NCBI GenBank assembly: GCA_965223855.1
Contig: CBDCXM010000009.1
Coordinates: 2,912,001 to 2,976,000, forward strand
DNA: 64,000 nt
Origin: Candidatus Multivoradales bacterium
GTDB lineage: Bacteria; Acidobacteriota; Thermoanaerobaculia; Multivoradales; JAHEKO01
Reading direction: 5' to 3'
How positions within the stretch are numbered: the stretch's first letter is position 1; each line of letters begins with the position of its first letter. The translations under genes were made by a program, and so were the position numbers. A model generated the notes under the pieces. That model worked only from the letters and a program-made list of their open reading frames with translations, ran no database searches and had not been told where the DNA came from. Positions 10,374 to 19,318 of this stretch are shown piece by piece.

Positions 10374-12137
10374 ATGAAGCGAGTCGGAGCAGGGGAGATG
10401 GGAGCGGAGGCGGTCGGGAGCGCAGTGCGGCTCCAGGGATGGATTCATCGGCGCCGGGATCATGGGGGGCTGATCTTCCTGAACCTGCGCGACCGCAGCG
10501 GCGTCATGCAGACCGTGGTGCATCCCGACTCGGCACCGGAGGCGGCGGAGGCGCTCGCCGCGGCGCGCCTCGAATGGGTGATCGAGATCGAGGGCACCCT
10601 CGAGCGTCGCTCTCCCGAGGCAGTGAATCCGGAGATGCCGACCGGCGAGTTCGAGGTTGTGGTGACGGCGGGACGGGTGTTGTCGCCGGCCAAACCGCTG
10701 CCGTTCAACGTCGACGGCGAGGTGGAGGCGAGCGAGGAGACGAGGTTGCGCTACCGCTACCTCGATCTGCGGCGCGAGGAGCTGCAACGGAACTTCCGCC
10801 TGCGACACGACGTCACCCACGAGTTGCTCTCGCACTTCCACGAGAACGGCTTCCTGCATCTCGAGACGCCGATCCTGACGCGCTCGACGCCCGAAGGGGC
10901 TCGCGACTATCTCGTCCCGAGCCGGGTGCAGAAGGGGGCGTTCTACGCCCTGCCGCAGTCGCCGCAGATCTTCAAGCAGATCTGCATGGTGGCGGGCTTC
11001 GAGCGCTACGTGCAGATCGCGCGTTGTTTCCGCGACGAGGACTTGCGCGCCGACCGCCAGCCGGAGTTCACCCAGGTCGACGTCGAGATGTCGTTCGTCG
11101 AGGAGGAGGACGTGTTCGCCCTGATCGAAGGGCTCTTCGTCCGGCTCTTCAGGCTTTGCGGACACGAGATCGAGGCACCGTTCGAGCGCCTGACCTACCA
11201 GCAGGCGATGCTCGAGTACGGGTCCGACAAGCCGGATCGGCGTTTCGGGATGAAGATCCGCGACCTCGGCGAGGGGTTGGCCGGGAGCGACTTCCGGGCC
11301 TTCTCTGCGACCCTGGCGGACGGCGGCGTGATCCGCGGCTTCCGGGTTCCGGGGGGCGCCGGAGCGAGCCGCAAGCAGGTCGACGGATGGGTGGAACTCG
11401 CGCGGCGTCACGGTGCGGCCGGGGTGCTGACGCTGCGGCGGCGCGACGGCGAGGTCCAGTTCCAGGTGAAGAACGTGCTCTCCGAGTCGGAGCAGGAGGG
11501 GTTGGTGGAGGCGCTGGCGCTGGAGGAGGGAGATCTCGGCCTGATCGCGGCCGGTGAGGCGAGGCACATCGCACCGGCGCTCGGTGCGCTTCGACTGGCG
11601 GCGGCGCGTGAGTATGAGCAGATTCCCGAAGACCGGTGGGAGTTCCTCTGGGTGACGGACTTTCCGCTCGTCGAGTGGGACGAGAACGAGGATCGCTTCC
11701 AGGCGGTCAACCATCCGTTCACCGCACCGCAGGAGCGGGATCTCGACCGTCTCGACAGCGAGCCGGCGAGCGTGCGCTCGCGCGGCTACGACGTCATCCT
11801 CAACGGCTACGAGCTCGGCGGAGGTTCGATCCGCATCCACGAGCGGGAGCTGCAGCAGCGGTGCTTCGCACTCCTGGGGATCGACGAGCACGAGGCGGAG
11901 GAGCGGTTCGGGTTCCTGCTGGAAGCGTTGCAGTACGGAGCGCCGCCCCACGGCGGGATCGCGCTCGGCCTCGACCGCATCGTCATGCTGCTGGCGGGCG
12001 CCGAGTCGCTGCGCGACGTGATCACGTTTCCCAAGACGACCTCCGCCACCGACCTGATGACGGCCGCGCCGTCTCACGTCGAGCCGTCTCAGGTCGCCGA
12101 CCTAGGGCTGGCGCTCGTCGATCCCGACGAGTCCTGA
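10374..12137 (+). CDS. aspS: Aspartate--tRNA ligase
   Basis: RRRDHGGLIF, PEGARDYLVPSR, ALPQSPQ, FRDEDLRADRQPEFTQ, GAPPHGGIALGLDR. Confidence 0.98.
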   Translation: MKRVGAGEMGAEAVGSAVRLQGWIHRRRDHGGLIFLNLRDRSGVMQTVVHPDSAPEAAEALAAARLEWVIEIEGTLERRSPEAVNPEMPTGEFEVVVTAGRVLSPAKPLPFNVDGEVEASEETRLRYRYLDLRREELQRNFRLRHDVTHELLSHFHENGFLHLETPILTRSTPEGARDYLVPSRVQKGAFYALPQSPQIFKQICMVAGFERYVQIARCFRDEDLRADRQPEFTQVDVEMSFVEEEDVFALIEGLFVRLFRLCGHEIEAPFERLTYQQAMLEYGSDKPDRRFGMKIRDLGEGLAGSDFRAFSATLADGGVIRGFRVPGGAGASRKQVDGWVELARRHGAAGVLTLRRRDGEVQFQVKNVLSESEQEGLVEALALEEGDLGLIAAGEARHIAPALGALRLAAAREYEQIPEDRWEFLWVTDFPLVEWDENEDRFQAVNHPFTAPQERDLDRLDSEPASVRSRGYDVILNGYELGGGSIRIHERELQQRCFALLGIDEHEAEERFGFLLEALQYGAPPHGGIALGLDRIVMLLAGAESLRDVITFPKTTSATDLMTAAPSHVEPSQVADLGLALVDPDES

Positions 12138-12158
12138 TTGCGCGCTCCGGGAGATCTC

Positions 12159-13268
12159 ATGGGGAGCACAACCCGGCGGCTCGAACGCACCACCCTGACC
12201 TTCGGCCCCGGCGTGGAGAGCGAACTCGTGGTCGGCGGCTCGCCGGCGACCGTCGGCGAGGAGCTCGGGGAGTGGGTGGAGGGACGGACGGTCTGCCTCG
12301 TGTCGGCGGCCGAGATCAGGGCGTCGCTGGGGTCCGACCCGCTGACGGTCCTGCGGGAGCGTGCCGCCGGCTGGGTCGAGATCGAGGTGCCCGACGGTGA
12401 GACCGCCAAGGGTGTCGACTCCCTGTCGGCGATCTGGCAGCGATGGAAGGACCAGGGAGTGCGCCGCGACGCTCGGGTCGTGGCGCTGGGCGGCGGCGCG
12501 ATCTGCGACCTCGCCGGCCTGGCGGCGGCGACCTACATGCGCGGTCTCGAGCTCGCCCTCGTCCCGACGACGCTGCTGGCCCAGGTCGATGCGGCGGTGG
12601 GCGGCAAGACCGGGATCAACTTCGAAGGCGCGAAGAACCTCATCGGCGCCTTCCATCCCGCGAGCCGGGTGGTGAGCGTCACCGACCTGCTGCGATCGTT
12701 GCCGCGCCGCGAGGTCTTCTCCGGGCTGGCCGAGGTGGTGAAGGTGGCCTGGCTGCTCGCGCCGGAGCTGCTGGAGCGTCTAGAGCAGGGGGAGGGACCG
12801 CTCGACCGCGTCGCCGGGTCCGACTGGGTAGCGACCGTGGCGGCCGCCCAGCGAGCCAAGGTCGCGGTCGTCGAGCGAGACCCGAAGGAACGGGGGGAGC
12901 GTCGGGTCCTCAACTTCGGTCATACCCTGGGGCACGCCCTCGAGGCGGAACTGAGGGATCTCACCCACGGCGAGGCGGTCGCCTGGGGGATGAGCTTCGC
13001 GCTCGAACTCGGTCGGGATTTCGGTTTGAGCGAAGAGCTTGCGGAGCGGGGCGCGCGGCTCATCCGGAGGCTCGAGCCCCCGGCGTTGCCGACCGTCGAC
13101 CCTGACGCGCTGATGGCGCACCTCGGCCATGACAAGAAGGCGACCCGGGAGGGAGTGATCTGGGTCGTGCCCACCGGCTTCCAGCAGTGGCGACCGATCG
13201 CGGTCCCCTCCGAGCAGGTGCGCGATCGTCTCGAGACCTTCGTGGCGCGCACCGGGCGCGGCTGCTAG
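12159..13268 (+). CDS. aroB: 3-dehydroquinate synthase
   Basis: GGGAICDLAG, PTTLLAQVDAAVGGKTGIN, LNFGHTLGHALE, HGEAV. Confidence 0.95.
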   Translation: MGSTTRRLERTTLTFGPGVESELVVGGSPATVGEELGEWVEGRTVCLVSAAEIRASLGSDPLTVLRERAAGWVEIEVPDGETAKGVDSLSAIWQRWKDQGVRRDARVVALGGGAICDLAGLAAATYMRGLELALVPTTLLAQVDAAVGGKTGINFEGAKNLIGAFHPASRVVSVTDLLRSLPRREVFSGLAEVVKVAWLLAPELLERLEQGEGPLDRVAGSDWVATVAAAQRAKVAVVERDPKERGERRVLNFGHTLGHALEAELRDLTHGEAVAWGMSFALELGRDFGLSEELAERGARLIRRLEPPALPTVDPDALMAHLGHDKKATREGVIWVVPTGFQQWRPIAVPSEQVRDRLETFVARTGRGC

Positions 13269-13289
13269 GCTGTCCACGATCTGGACACT

Positions 13290-15053
13290 ATGAGCTTTCT
13301 CGGGAGCATCACCCGCCGCTGGCCGCTGAGCCGGTTGCTGTTCGTGCTGCTGGTCGCCGTCGGCATCGTGCCGCTGGCACTGATCAGCTGGCTGCTGATG
13401 CGCCAGAACCGCGAGATCTTCGAGACCCAGGAGCGCAGCTACCTCACGCGGGCTGCCGAGACGCTGTCGGTCGAGCTGTCGAGCTACCTCGCCTCGACCC
13501 GGAGGCAGCTCCAGCAGCTGGGCGGCGCCTTGCTGGCGGCACCGCCGGAGGGGCCGATCGAGACCAAGCTTCGCCAGCCGTGGTTCGGCTCGTTCCTGGA
13601 GGACTTCCTCGTCAGCAACCCGAACGTGGTCGCCCTGCGGGTGCTGAGCGCCGCGGGCGAGGGGCCCTACCTGGCGCCGGGAGATCTCTCACCCGCGGTG
13701 CAGGCGGCGATGGACGGCGCCTTCGGCGGCGCCCTCGAGGCGGCCGATCGCTCCTACCGCTTCATCGTCGTTCCCGAGACCTCCGAGCCGCTGACGGTGA
13801 TGGCGGTACCGATCTTCGACGCCCGCGGCGACGCTCTGGCCTTCGTGCAGGCGGCGGTGCACCTGCGGCCGATGGAGGTGCTCTTTCGCCAGGAGGGGCA
13901 GGGCGACGCCGGCGTCTTCCTGATCCAGCGTGACGGCAGGATGCTGTGGTCCGGAGGAGCGGAGCCGGACACCGTGGAGTCGCTCGAAGCCTCGAAGCTG
14001 GTGCGCGACTTCGTCGACTCTCCGCTCTCCATGACCCAGGAGTACGAACTGACCACGGGCGGCGAGAGGGTGACGATCCTGGGGCGCGCCAGCCCGGTGC
14101 CGGAGACCGGATGGGGCGTCATCGTGCAGAAGCCGGCTGCGGCTGCCTACACATCGGTCCGGGAGATGATCGGGCGGACCGCGCTTTCGACCGGCGTCCT
14201 CGTCGGCCTCGCGTTCCTGCTCGCCGGGTGGCTGGCTCGGCAGTTCGGCCGTCCGATCCAGCGGCTCTCGGACGGCGCCGCCGAGATGGCGGCCGGGAAC
14301 TTCGGCAGCCGCCTGGCAGGCAGCGATCTGGGCGTAGAGCTCAACGAGCTGGCGGAGAACTTCAACCGCATGAGCGGCCACGTCGAGGAGTACGTCCAGC
14401 AACTGCGGGCGGCGGCACAGGTCAATCGCGAGCTCTTTATCGGAGTGCTGCGGGCCTTCACCGCGGCGATCGACGCCAAGGACCCCTACACCCGCGGCCA
14501 CTCGGAACGTGTGGCGCAGTACAGCCGCGCGATCGCCCGGCACATGGGGCTGGGGCGGGAGCAGCAGGAACAGGTGTGGGTCGGCGGTGTCATCCACGAC
14601 GTCGGCAAGATCGGCATCGAGGACGAGATTCTGCGGAAGGGTACGACGCTGTCGCGCGAGGAGTTCGAGCAGATGAAGCTCCACACGGTGATCGGCGCCA
14701 AGATCATGAGCCGGATCGACCAGCTCAAGGACGTCATTCCGGTCATTCGCTGGCACCACGAAGCGGTCGACGGGTCGGGGTATCCGGACGGCCTGACGGG
14801 GGAGCGCATCCCGATGATCGTCAGGATCGTGACGCTCGCCGACACGCTCGACGCGATCACCACCGACCGGCCCTATCAGCGAGGCTTCTCCGCGGAAGAG
14901 GCGCTCGAGCGGATCCGTGAGCTCGACGGCACCCGCTTCGACAGCGAGGTCGTCGAAGGCTTCTTCGCCGCGTGGGACGCCGGCGAGATCGAGATTGAGA
15001 GCCGGGGCGCGGCTGCCGGAGAGGCGCCCACCGAAGTTCCCGTCGCCTTCTGA
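13290..15053 (+). CDS. Membrane HD-GYP phosphodiesterase with periplasmic Cache-like sensor and HAMP domain
   Basis: Two TM helices flanking periplasmic region; HAMP (ELNELAENFNRM); DAKDPYTRGHSERV, HDVGKIG, HHE..DGSGYPDGL. Confidence 0.9.
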   Translation: MSFLGSITRRWPLSRLLFVLLVAVGIVPLALISWLLMRQNREIFETQERSYLTRAAETLSVELSSYLASTRRQLQQLGGALLAAPPEGPIETKLRQPWFGSFLEDFLVSNPNVVALRVLSAAGEGPYLAPGDLSPAVQAAMDGAFGGALEAADRSYRFIVVPETSEPLTVMAVPIFDARGDALAFVQAAVHLRPMEVLFRQEGQGDAGVFLIQRDGRMLWSGGAEPDTVESLEASKLVRDFVDSPLSMTQEYELTTGGERVTILGRASPVPETGWGVIVQKPAAAAYTSVREMIGRTALSTGVLVGLAFLLAGWLARQFGRPIQRLSDGAAEMAAGNFGSRLAGSDLGVELNELAENFNRMSGHVEEYVQQLRAAAQVNRELFIGVLRAFTAAIDAKDPYTRGHSERVAQYSRAIARHMGLGREQQEQVWVGGVIHDVGKIGIEDEILRKGTTLSREEFEQMKLHTVIGAKIMSRIDQLKDVIPVIRWHHEAVDGSGYPDGLTGERIPMIVRIVTLADTLDAITTDRPYQRGFSAEEALERIRELDGTRFDSEVVEGFFAAWDAGEIEIESRGAAAGEAPTEVPVAF

Positions 15054-15124
15054 TTCGGGAAGAGCCCGTCCGGCCTGCAAGGGCACTCCCGCGAGAGTGC
15101 GGGCTTGCTAGCATCGGCGCCCTG

Positions 15125-16090
15125 ATGAGCGACTCCCCCCTCGAACTGGCTCCGGAGAAACCCCTCCCGGAGGGCGAGAAGCCGACGTTCTGGCGCAAGC
15201 TCAAGCGCGGCCTGTCGATGACCCATACCGAGGTCCTCGCCCGGGTGGACGCGGCGATGTCCGGGCAGGCGGTGCTCGACGAGGAGATCCTCGAGTCGGT
15301 GGAAGAGGCGCTGATCGGCGCCGACGTGGGGGTGGCGACCGCGCTCGAGCTGGTGGAGGAGCTGCGATCGGGAGTGCGGCCGGATGAAGCGGTCGATCCC
15401 CTTCGTCTGCGTCAGCGGCTGGTGGACGAGTTGTCGATCCTGCTGCTCGATGCCCCGGCGCCGACGCCTCGTGGTGAAGGTCCTCGGATCACGCTCCTGG
15501 TCGGGGTCAACGGAGTGGGCAAGACGACGACGGCCGCCAAGCTCGCCCGACGGGAGGCGGAGGCCGGCAGGAGCGTCTTGCTGGCCGCTGCCGACACGTT
15601 CCGCGCCGCGGCGGTCGAGCAACTCACCCTGTGGTCCGAGAGGGTCGGGGTCGAGATCGTCAAGCAGGGCCACGGGGCGGATCCCGCCGCGGTCGTGTTC
15701 GACGCGCTGCAGGCCGCGCGTGCCCGCAACATCGACGAGGTGATCGTCGATACCGCCGGCCGCCTGCATACGAAGGACAACCTGATGGCCGAGCTGGCGA
15801 AGATCCGTCGGGTCGTCGAGCGCGAGGGCGAAGGGTGGCAGCAGCGGCGCCTCCTGGTGCTCGACGCGACGACCGGACAGAACGCCGTGGCGCAGGCGCG
15901 CGAGTTCATCGACGTTGCCGGCGTCGACGGTGTGGTTCTGGCCAAGTTGGACGGGACGGCGAAAGGGGGCGTCGCCGTGGCGATCGCCCGCGAACTGAGG
16001 CTGCCGATCGTCTACCTCGGAGTCGGCGAAGGAGCCGACGACCTGATCGACTACCATCCGCGCGATTTCGCGGCGGCCCTCCTGGGATGA
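15125..16090 (+). CDS. ftsY: Signal recognition particle receptor FtsY
   Basis: GVNGVGKTTT, DTFRAAA, DTAGRLH, KLDGTAKGG. Confidence 0.97.
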   Translation: MSDSPLELAPEKPLPEGEKPTFWRKLKRGLSMTHTEVLARVDAAMSGQAVLDEEILESVEEALIGADVGVATALELVEELRSGVRPDEAVDPLRLRQRLVDELSILLLDAPAPTPRGEGPRITLLVGVNGVGKTTTAAKLARREAEAGRSVLLAAADTFRAAAVEQLTLWSERVGVEIVKQGHGADPAAVVFDALQAARARNIDEVIVDTAGRLHTKDNLMAELAKIRRVVEREGEGWQQRRLLVLDATTGQNAVAQAREFIDVAGVDGVVLAKLDGTAKGGVAVAIARELRLPIVYLGVGEGADDLIDYHPRDFAAALLG

Positions 16091-17106
16091 AGGCCGCGCC
16101 CAGCGGCGCGACGCCTGGGAGGAAGAGGACGCTGCGGCGACAGCGTTCCGAAGCGTCGCGGCTCTGGATCTCCGCGATCCCGCGCGACTGGCCCCTGCCG
16201 AAGCTCCCCTGGACCGACCTCGCCGGGAGAACGGTGGGGCGGTGGGACAGTGAGGCCAGCGGTGATGAGGAGCCGACCGGCCTCGCGATCGAGGGACATC
16301 CGGGAAGGGTCTACCTGCCTCCGGGCGCGGCCGGCCAGGGGCCGACCGGTCAGGGGCCGACCGGTCATGGGGCAGGGGCCGCAGGGGTGAGGCGAACGGT
16401 CCTCGAGGCGGGCGGTGCGATCCTCTCGCAGATCACGTCCACTCGTGCGGCGAGCCGCGGGGACGAGTCGTGCGAGGAAGTGGTGCTCGACCTCCTGCCG
16501 CACTGCCTGGGGCTGAGCACCGACGCCGACGTGGTCCTCGAAGGACCTTGCGAGTTCGCCGTCTGGCCGCTGATTCCCGGCCTCACGTCCGACGAGGACA
16601 AGGCGCGCGGTTGGCTCGAGTCTCTGCGGCATGCGGGGTTTTCCAGGATCCTGCCGGTGGCGCTCGGTCTCGATGCCCGCCAGCGCCGGAGTCTCGCCGA
16701 GTTCGCCGACGAGTCCGGATACCGCGAGCTCTTTCACGGCGAGTTGGCCGACGAACGGCAGGCCGCCCGGCAGGTGGCCCGCCACGGGTTGCGACCGTTC
16801 GCCCGGCCACCGCGCTACGGCGGTTCGCGCCGGCAGCGCTTCGGTTTCGGCGCTGCCGCGGTGCTGGAGCAGGTGGGCGATCTCTGGTTGCGCAACAGCC
16901 GTTCGGAGGTCATCGGGCAGGAGCTGCTGCGGGCCGCGCGCTTCTGCCGCCGCGACGAGCATGATCTTCGAGCCCTGATTCGTGAAGGCAACCTCGACAT
17001 CGTGCCGTGGCTGGCGGCGGAAGCGCGAGAGGTGCTGGAGGAGCTGGGCAAGGGCGAGCCTCCGGCTCTGCAGCGAGAGCTCGAGGAGGAGTACCTCGCG
17101 CCATGA
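16087..17106 (+). CDS. Hypothetical protein; resembles degenerate SplB-like radical SAM core plus C-terminal PolX-type HhH region
   Basis: ATGA overlaps with both ftsY and hemW; WPLIPGLT motif; no CxxxCxxC. Confidence 0.7.
   Translation: MKAAPSGATPGRKRTLRRQRSEASRLWISAIPRDWPLPKLPWTDLAGRTVGRWDSEASGDEEPTGLAIEGHPGRVYLPPGAAGQGPTGQGPTGHGAGAAGVRRTVLEAGGAILSQITSTRAASRGDESCEEVVLDLLPHCLGLSTDADVVLEGPCEFAVWPLIPGLTSDEDKARGWLESLRHAGFSRILPVALGLDARQRRSLAEFADESGYRELFHGELADERQAARQVARHGLRPFARPPRYGGSRRQRFGFGAAAVLEQVGDLWLRNSRSEVIGQELLRAARFCRRDEHDLRALIREGNLDIVPWLAAEAREVLEELGKGEPPALQRELEEEYLAP
16331..16375 (+). repeat. 15-bp tandem repeat (3 imperfect units) encoding GQGPT
   Basis: ccggccaggggccga / ccggtcaggggccga / ccggtcatggggcag. 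Confidence 0.8.
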
Positions 17107-18257
17107 GGGATCGACCGGGCGAGCGGCCGGACGGACTCGGCCTGTACGTCCACGTTCCGTTCTGCCGCACCCGCTGTCGCTACTGCGATTTCTACAGGGT
17201 GGCGGAGAACGCACCTCAGTTGGCGCTCTTCCTCCAGGCGCTCGAGCGGGAGGTTTCCGAGCGTCGTGCTCAGGTGCCGGGCCGCAAGGTCGACACGATC
17301 TTCCTCGGCGGCGGCACGCCGTCTCTGATGAACCCCGAGCAGGTCGGCTCGGTACTCGAGCTGCTGCGAGACAGCTTCGAGGTCGAAGCGGGCTGCGAGA
17401 TCTCGATGGAGGCGAATCCGTCCGATCTCGACCGTGAGCGTCTCGCGGCCTACCGGAGGGCCGGCGTGACGCGTCTCAGCCTGGGCGTGCAGTCGCTCCA
17501 GTCGCGCGAGCTCCGGCTTCTGGGGCGCCGGCACGGAGCGGAGCATGCGGTCCAGTGCGTCGACTGGGCTCGCCGGGCGGGATTCGAACACCTGAGCGTC
17601 GACCTGATGCTCGGTATCCCGGCCCAGACCGAGGCGGGATTCCGGGCTACCGTCGCGAGGACCGTCGAGCTGCCGATCGATCACGTCAGCGTCTATCTGC
17701 TCGAAGTCCACGAGGGGACCGAGATCGACGGTCTGCGTCGCCGCCGACCGGGCCTCTTCCCTTCCGTCGACCGACAGGCTCGCCGCTACGAGTGGCTGGT
17801 CGGAGCTCTCGAAGCCGGCGGGCTGGCACAGTATGAGATCTCGAACTTCGCGCGACCCGATGGAGAATGCCGCCACAACCTGCGGTACTGGCGGCGTGAG
17901 GACTTTCTTGGCTTCGGCCCCTCAGCCCACTCCTGTCTCGGCGCGCACAGGTGGTCGAACCCGCGTGACCTCGCCGGCTACCTCGTCGATCCGATGCTAC
18001 GGATCGAGGAAGAGAGCGACCGTGCGTTCGAAGAGGTCTTTCTCGGATTGCGGCTACGGGAAGGGATGACGGTCGGGCGTCTCGCCGAGCGACTCGGCAT
18101 CGCGCCGGGCCAGTGCCGCGCCCGGGTCGAGTCGCTGTCACCGTTCCTCGAGCTGGCAGGGGAAGACCGGGTGCGGTTCACGGTCCGGGGCTACCTGGTC
18201 TCCAATGCCGTCTTCGGAGAGCTCGAGAGCGAAAGCCCGGACGAGGCGATCGCGTGA
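17103..18257 (+). CDS. hemW: Radical SAM heme chaperone HemW (HemN-like)
   Basis: [36 protein letters not shown]. Confidence 0.92.
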   Translation: MRDRPGERPDGLGLYVHVPFCRTRCRYCDFYRVAENAPQLALFLQALEREVSERRAQVPGRKVDTIFLGGGTPSLMNPEQVGSVLELLRDSFEVEAGCEISMEANPSDLDRERLAAYRRAGVTRLSLGVQSLQSRELRLLGRRHGAEHAVQCVDWARRAGFEHLSVDLMLGIPAQTEAGFRATVARTVELPIDHVSVYLLEVHEGTEIDGLRRRRPGLFPSVDRQARRYEWLVGALEAGGLAQYEISNFARPDGECRHNLRYWRREDFLGFGPSAHSCLGAHRWSNPRDLAGYLVDPMLRIEEESDRAFEEVFLGLRLREGMTVGRLAERLGIAPGQCRARVESLSPFLELAGEDRVRFTVRGYLVSNAVFGELESESPDEAIA

Positions 18258-19291
18258 GTAACCCACCCACCGCCGCAGCACCGATGGTCGACCTGCGCTC
18301 GGACACCGTGACCCGGCCGAGCCGGGCCATGCGGGCGGCGATGGCGGCTGCTGTCGTCGGCGACGACGTCTTCGGGGAAGACCCCACCGTCAGCGCTCTC
18401 GAAGAGCGGGTGGCGGCGCTGCTGCGGATGGAGGCCGGGCTGTACCTGCCCAGCGGAACGATGGCCAACGAGGTCGCGCTCCACGTGCTCGCCCCGCCGG
18501 GAAGCGAGGTGGTCTGCGCCGAAGGGTGTCACCTCACCGAGTGGGAGATGAGCGCCATGACCGTCTTCTCCGGGCTCCTGCCCCGGACCTTGCCGGCGCC
18601 GAACGGTCGACTCGATCCGCGTCAGGTCGCCGGCGCGCTGCGGGCTCCCGGCGCCCTTCGAGCCGGAAGCGGCCTTCTGGCGATCGAGAACAGCAACAAC
18701 ATGGCCGGAGGCCGGGTCTACGATCGACGTCTGCTCGACGAGCTCCTCCAGGTGGCCCGCCGGGCCGGGGTTCCTGCCTATCTGGATGGCGCCCGGCTCT
18801 TCAACGCCGCCGCGGCCCTCGGGTGCGAAGTGGGCGATCTCTCGGCCGGCTTCGACGCCGGAATGGTGTCGCTCTCGAAGGGTCTGGGCGCACCGGTCGG
18901 ATCGGTTCTGTGCGGATCTCGGAGTTTCGTCGCCGAGGCGAGAAGGGTCCGTCGCCGGTTCGGCGGCGGCTGGCGGCAGGCCGGGATCCTGGCCGCTGCC
19001 GGCCTCCTGGCGCTCGACGAAGGGCCGGCGCTGCTGGCGGAGGATCACCCGCGCGCCAGGCGCCTGGCCGACGCCGCAGTCGTGAACGACCGTCTCGAGG
19101 TCGACCCGTCCGCGGTCGAGACCAACATCGTGATCGTCGGTACGGAGGCTCCCGATGAGTTGGTCGAGCACCTGCGCGAGCACGGGGTTCTCGCCCTGTC
19201 GATCGAGGAGGGCACCGTCCGTTTCGTCACCCACCGGGACGTCGATGACGAAGGGATCGGGCGAGCGGTGACGGCGATCGGTACCTTCTGA
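18254..19291 (+). CDS. ltaE: Low-specificity L-threonine aldolase
   Basis: [44 protein letters not shown] (PLP Lys); start GTG 18254 or ATG 18284. Confidence 0.9.
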   Translation: MSNPPTAAAPMVDLRSDTVTRPSRAMRAAMAAAVVGDDVFGEDPTVSALEERVAALLRMEAGLYLPSGTMANEVALHVLAPPGSEVVCAEGCHLTEWEMSAMTVFSGLLPRTLPAPNGRLDPRQVAGALRAPGALRAGSGLLAIENSNNMAGGRVYDRRLLDELLQVARRAGVPAYLDGARLFNAAAALGCEVGDLSAGFDAGMVSLSKGLGAPVGSVLCGSRSFVAEARRVRRRFGGGWRQAGILAAAGLLALDEGPALLAEDHPRARRLADAAVVNDRLEVDPSAVETNIVIVGTEAPDELVEHLREHGVLALSIEEGTVRFVTHRDVDDEGIGRAVTAIGTF

Positions 19292-19318
19292 CGGCGAGCC
19301 GATGCCGCTCGCAGTTCG

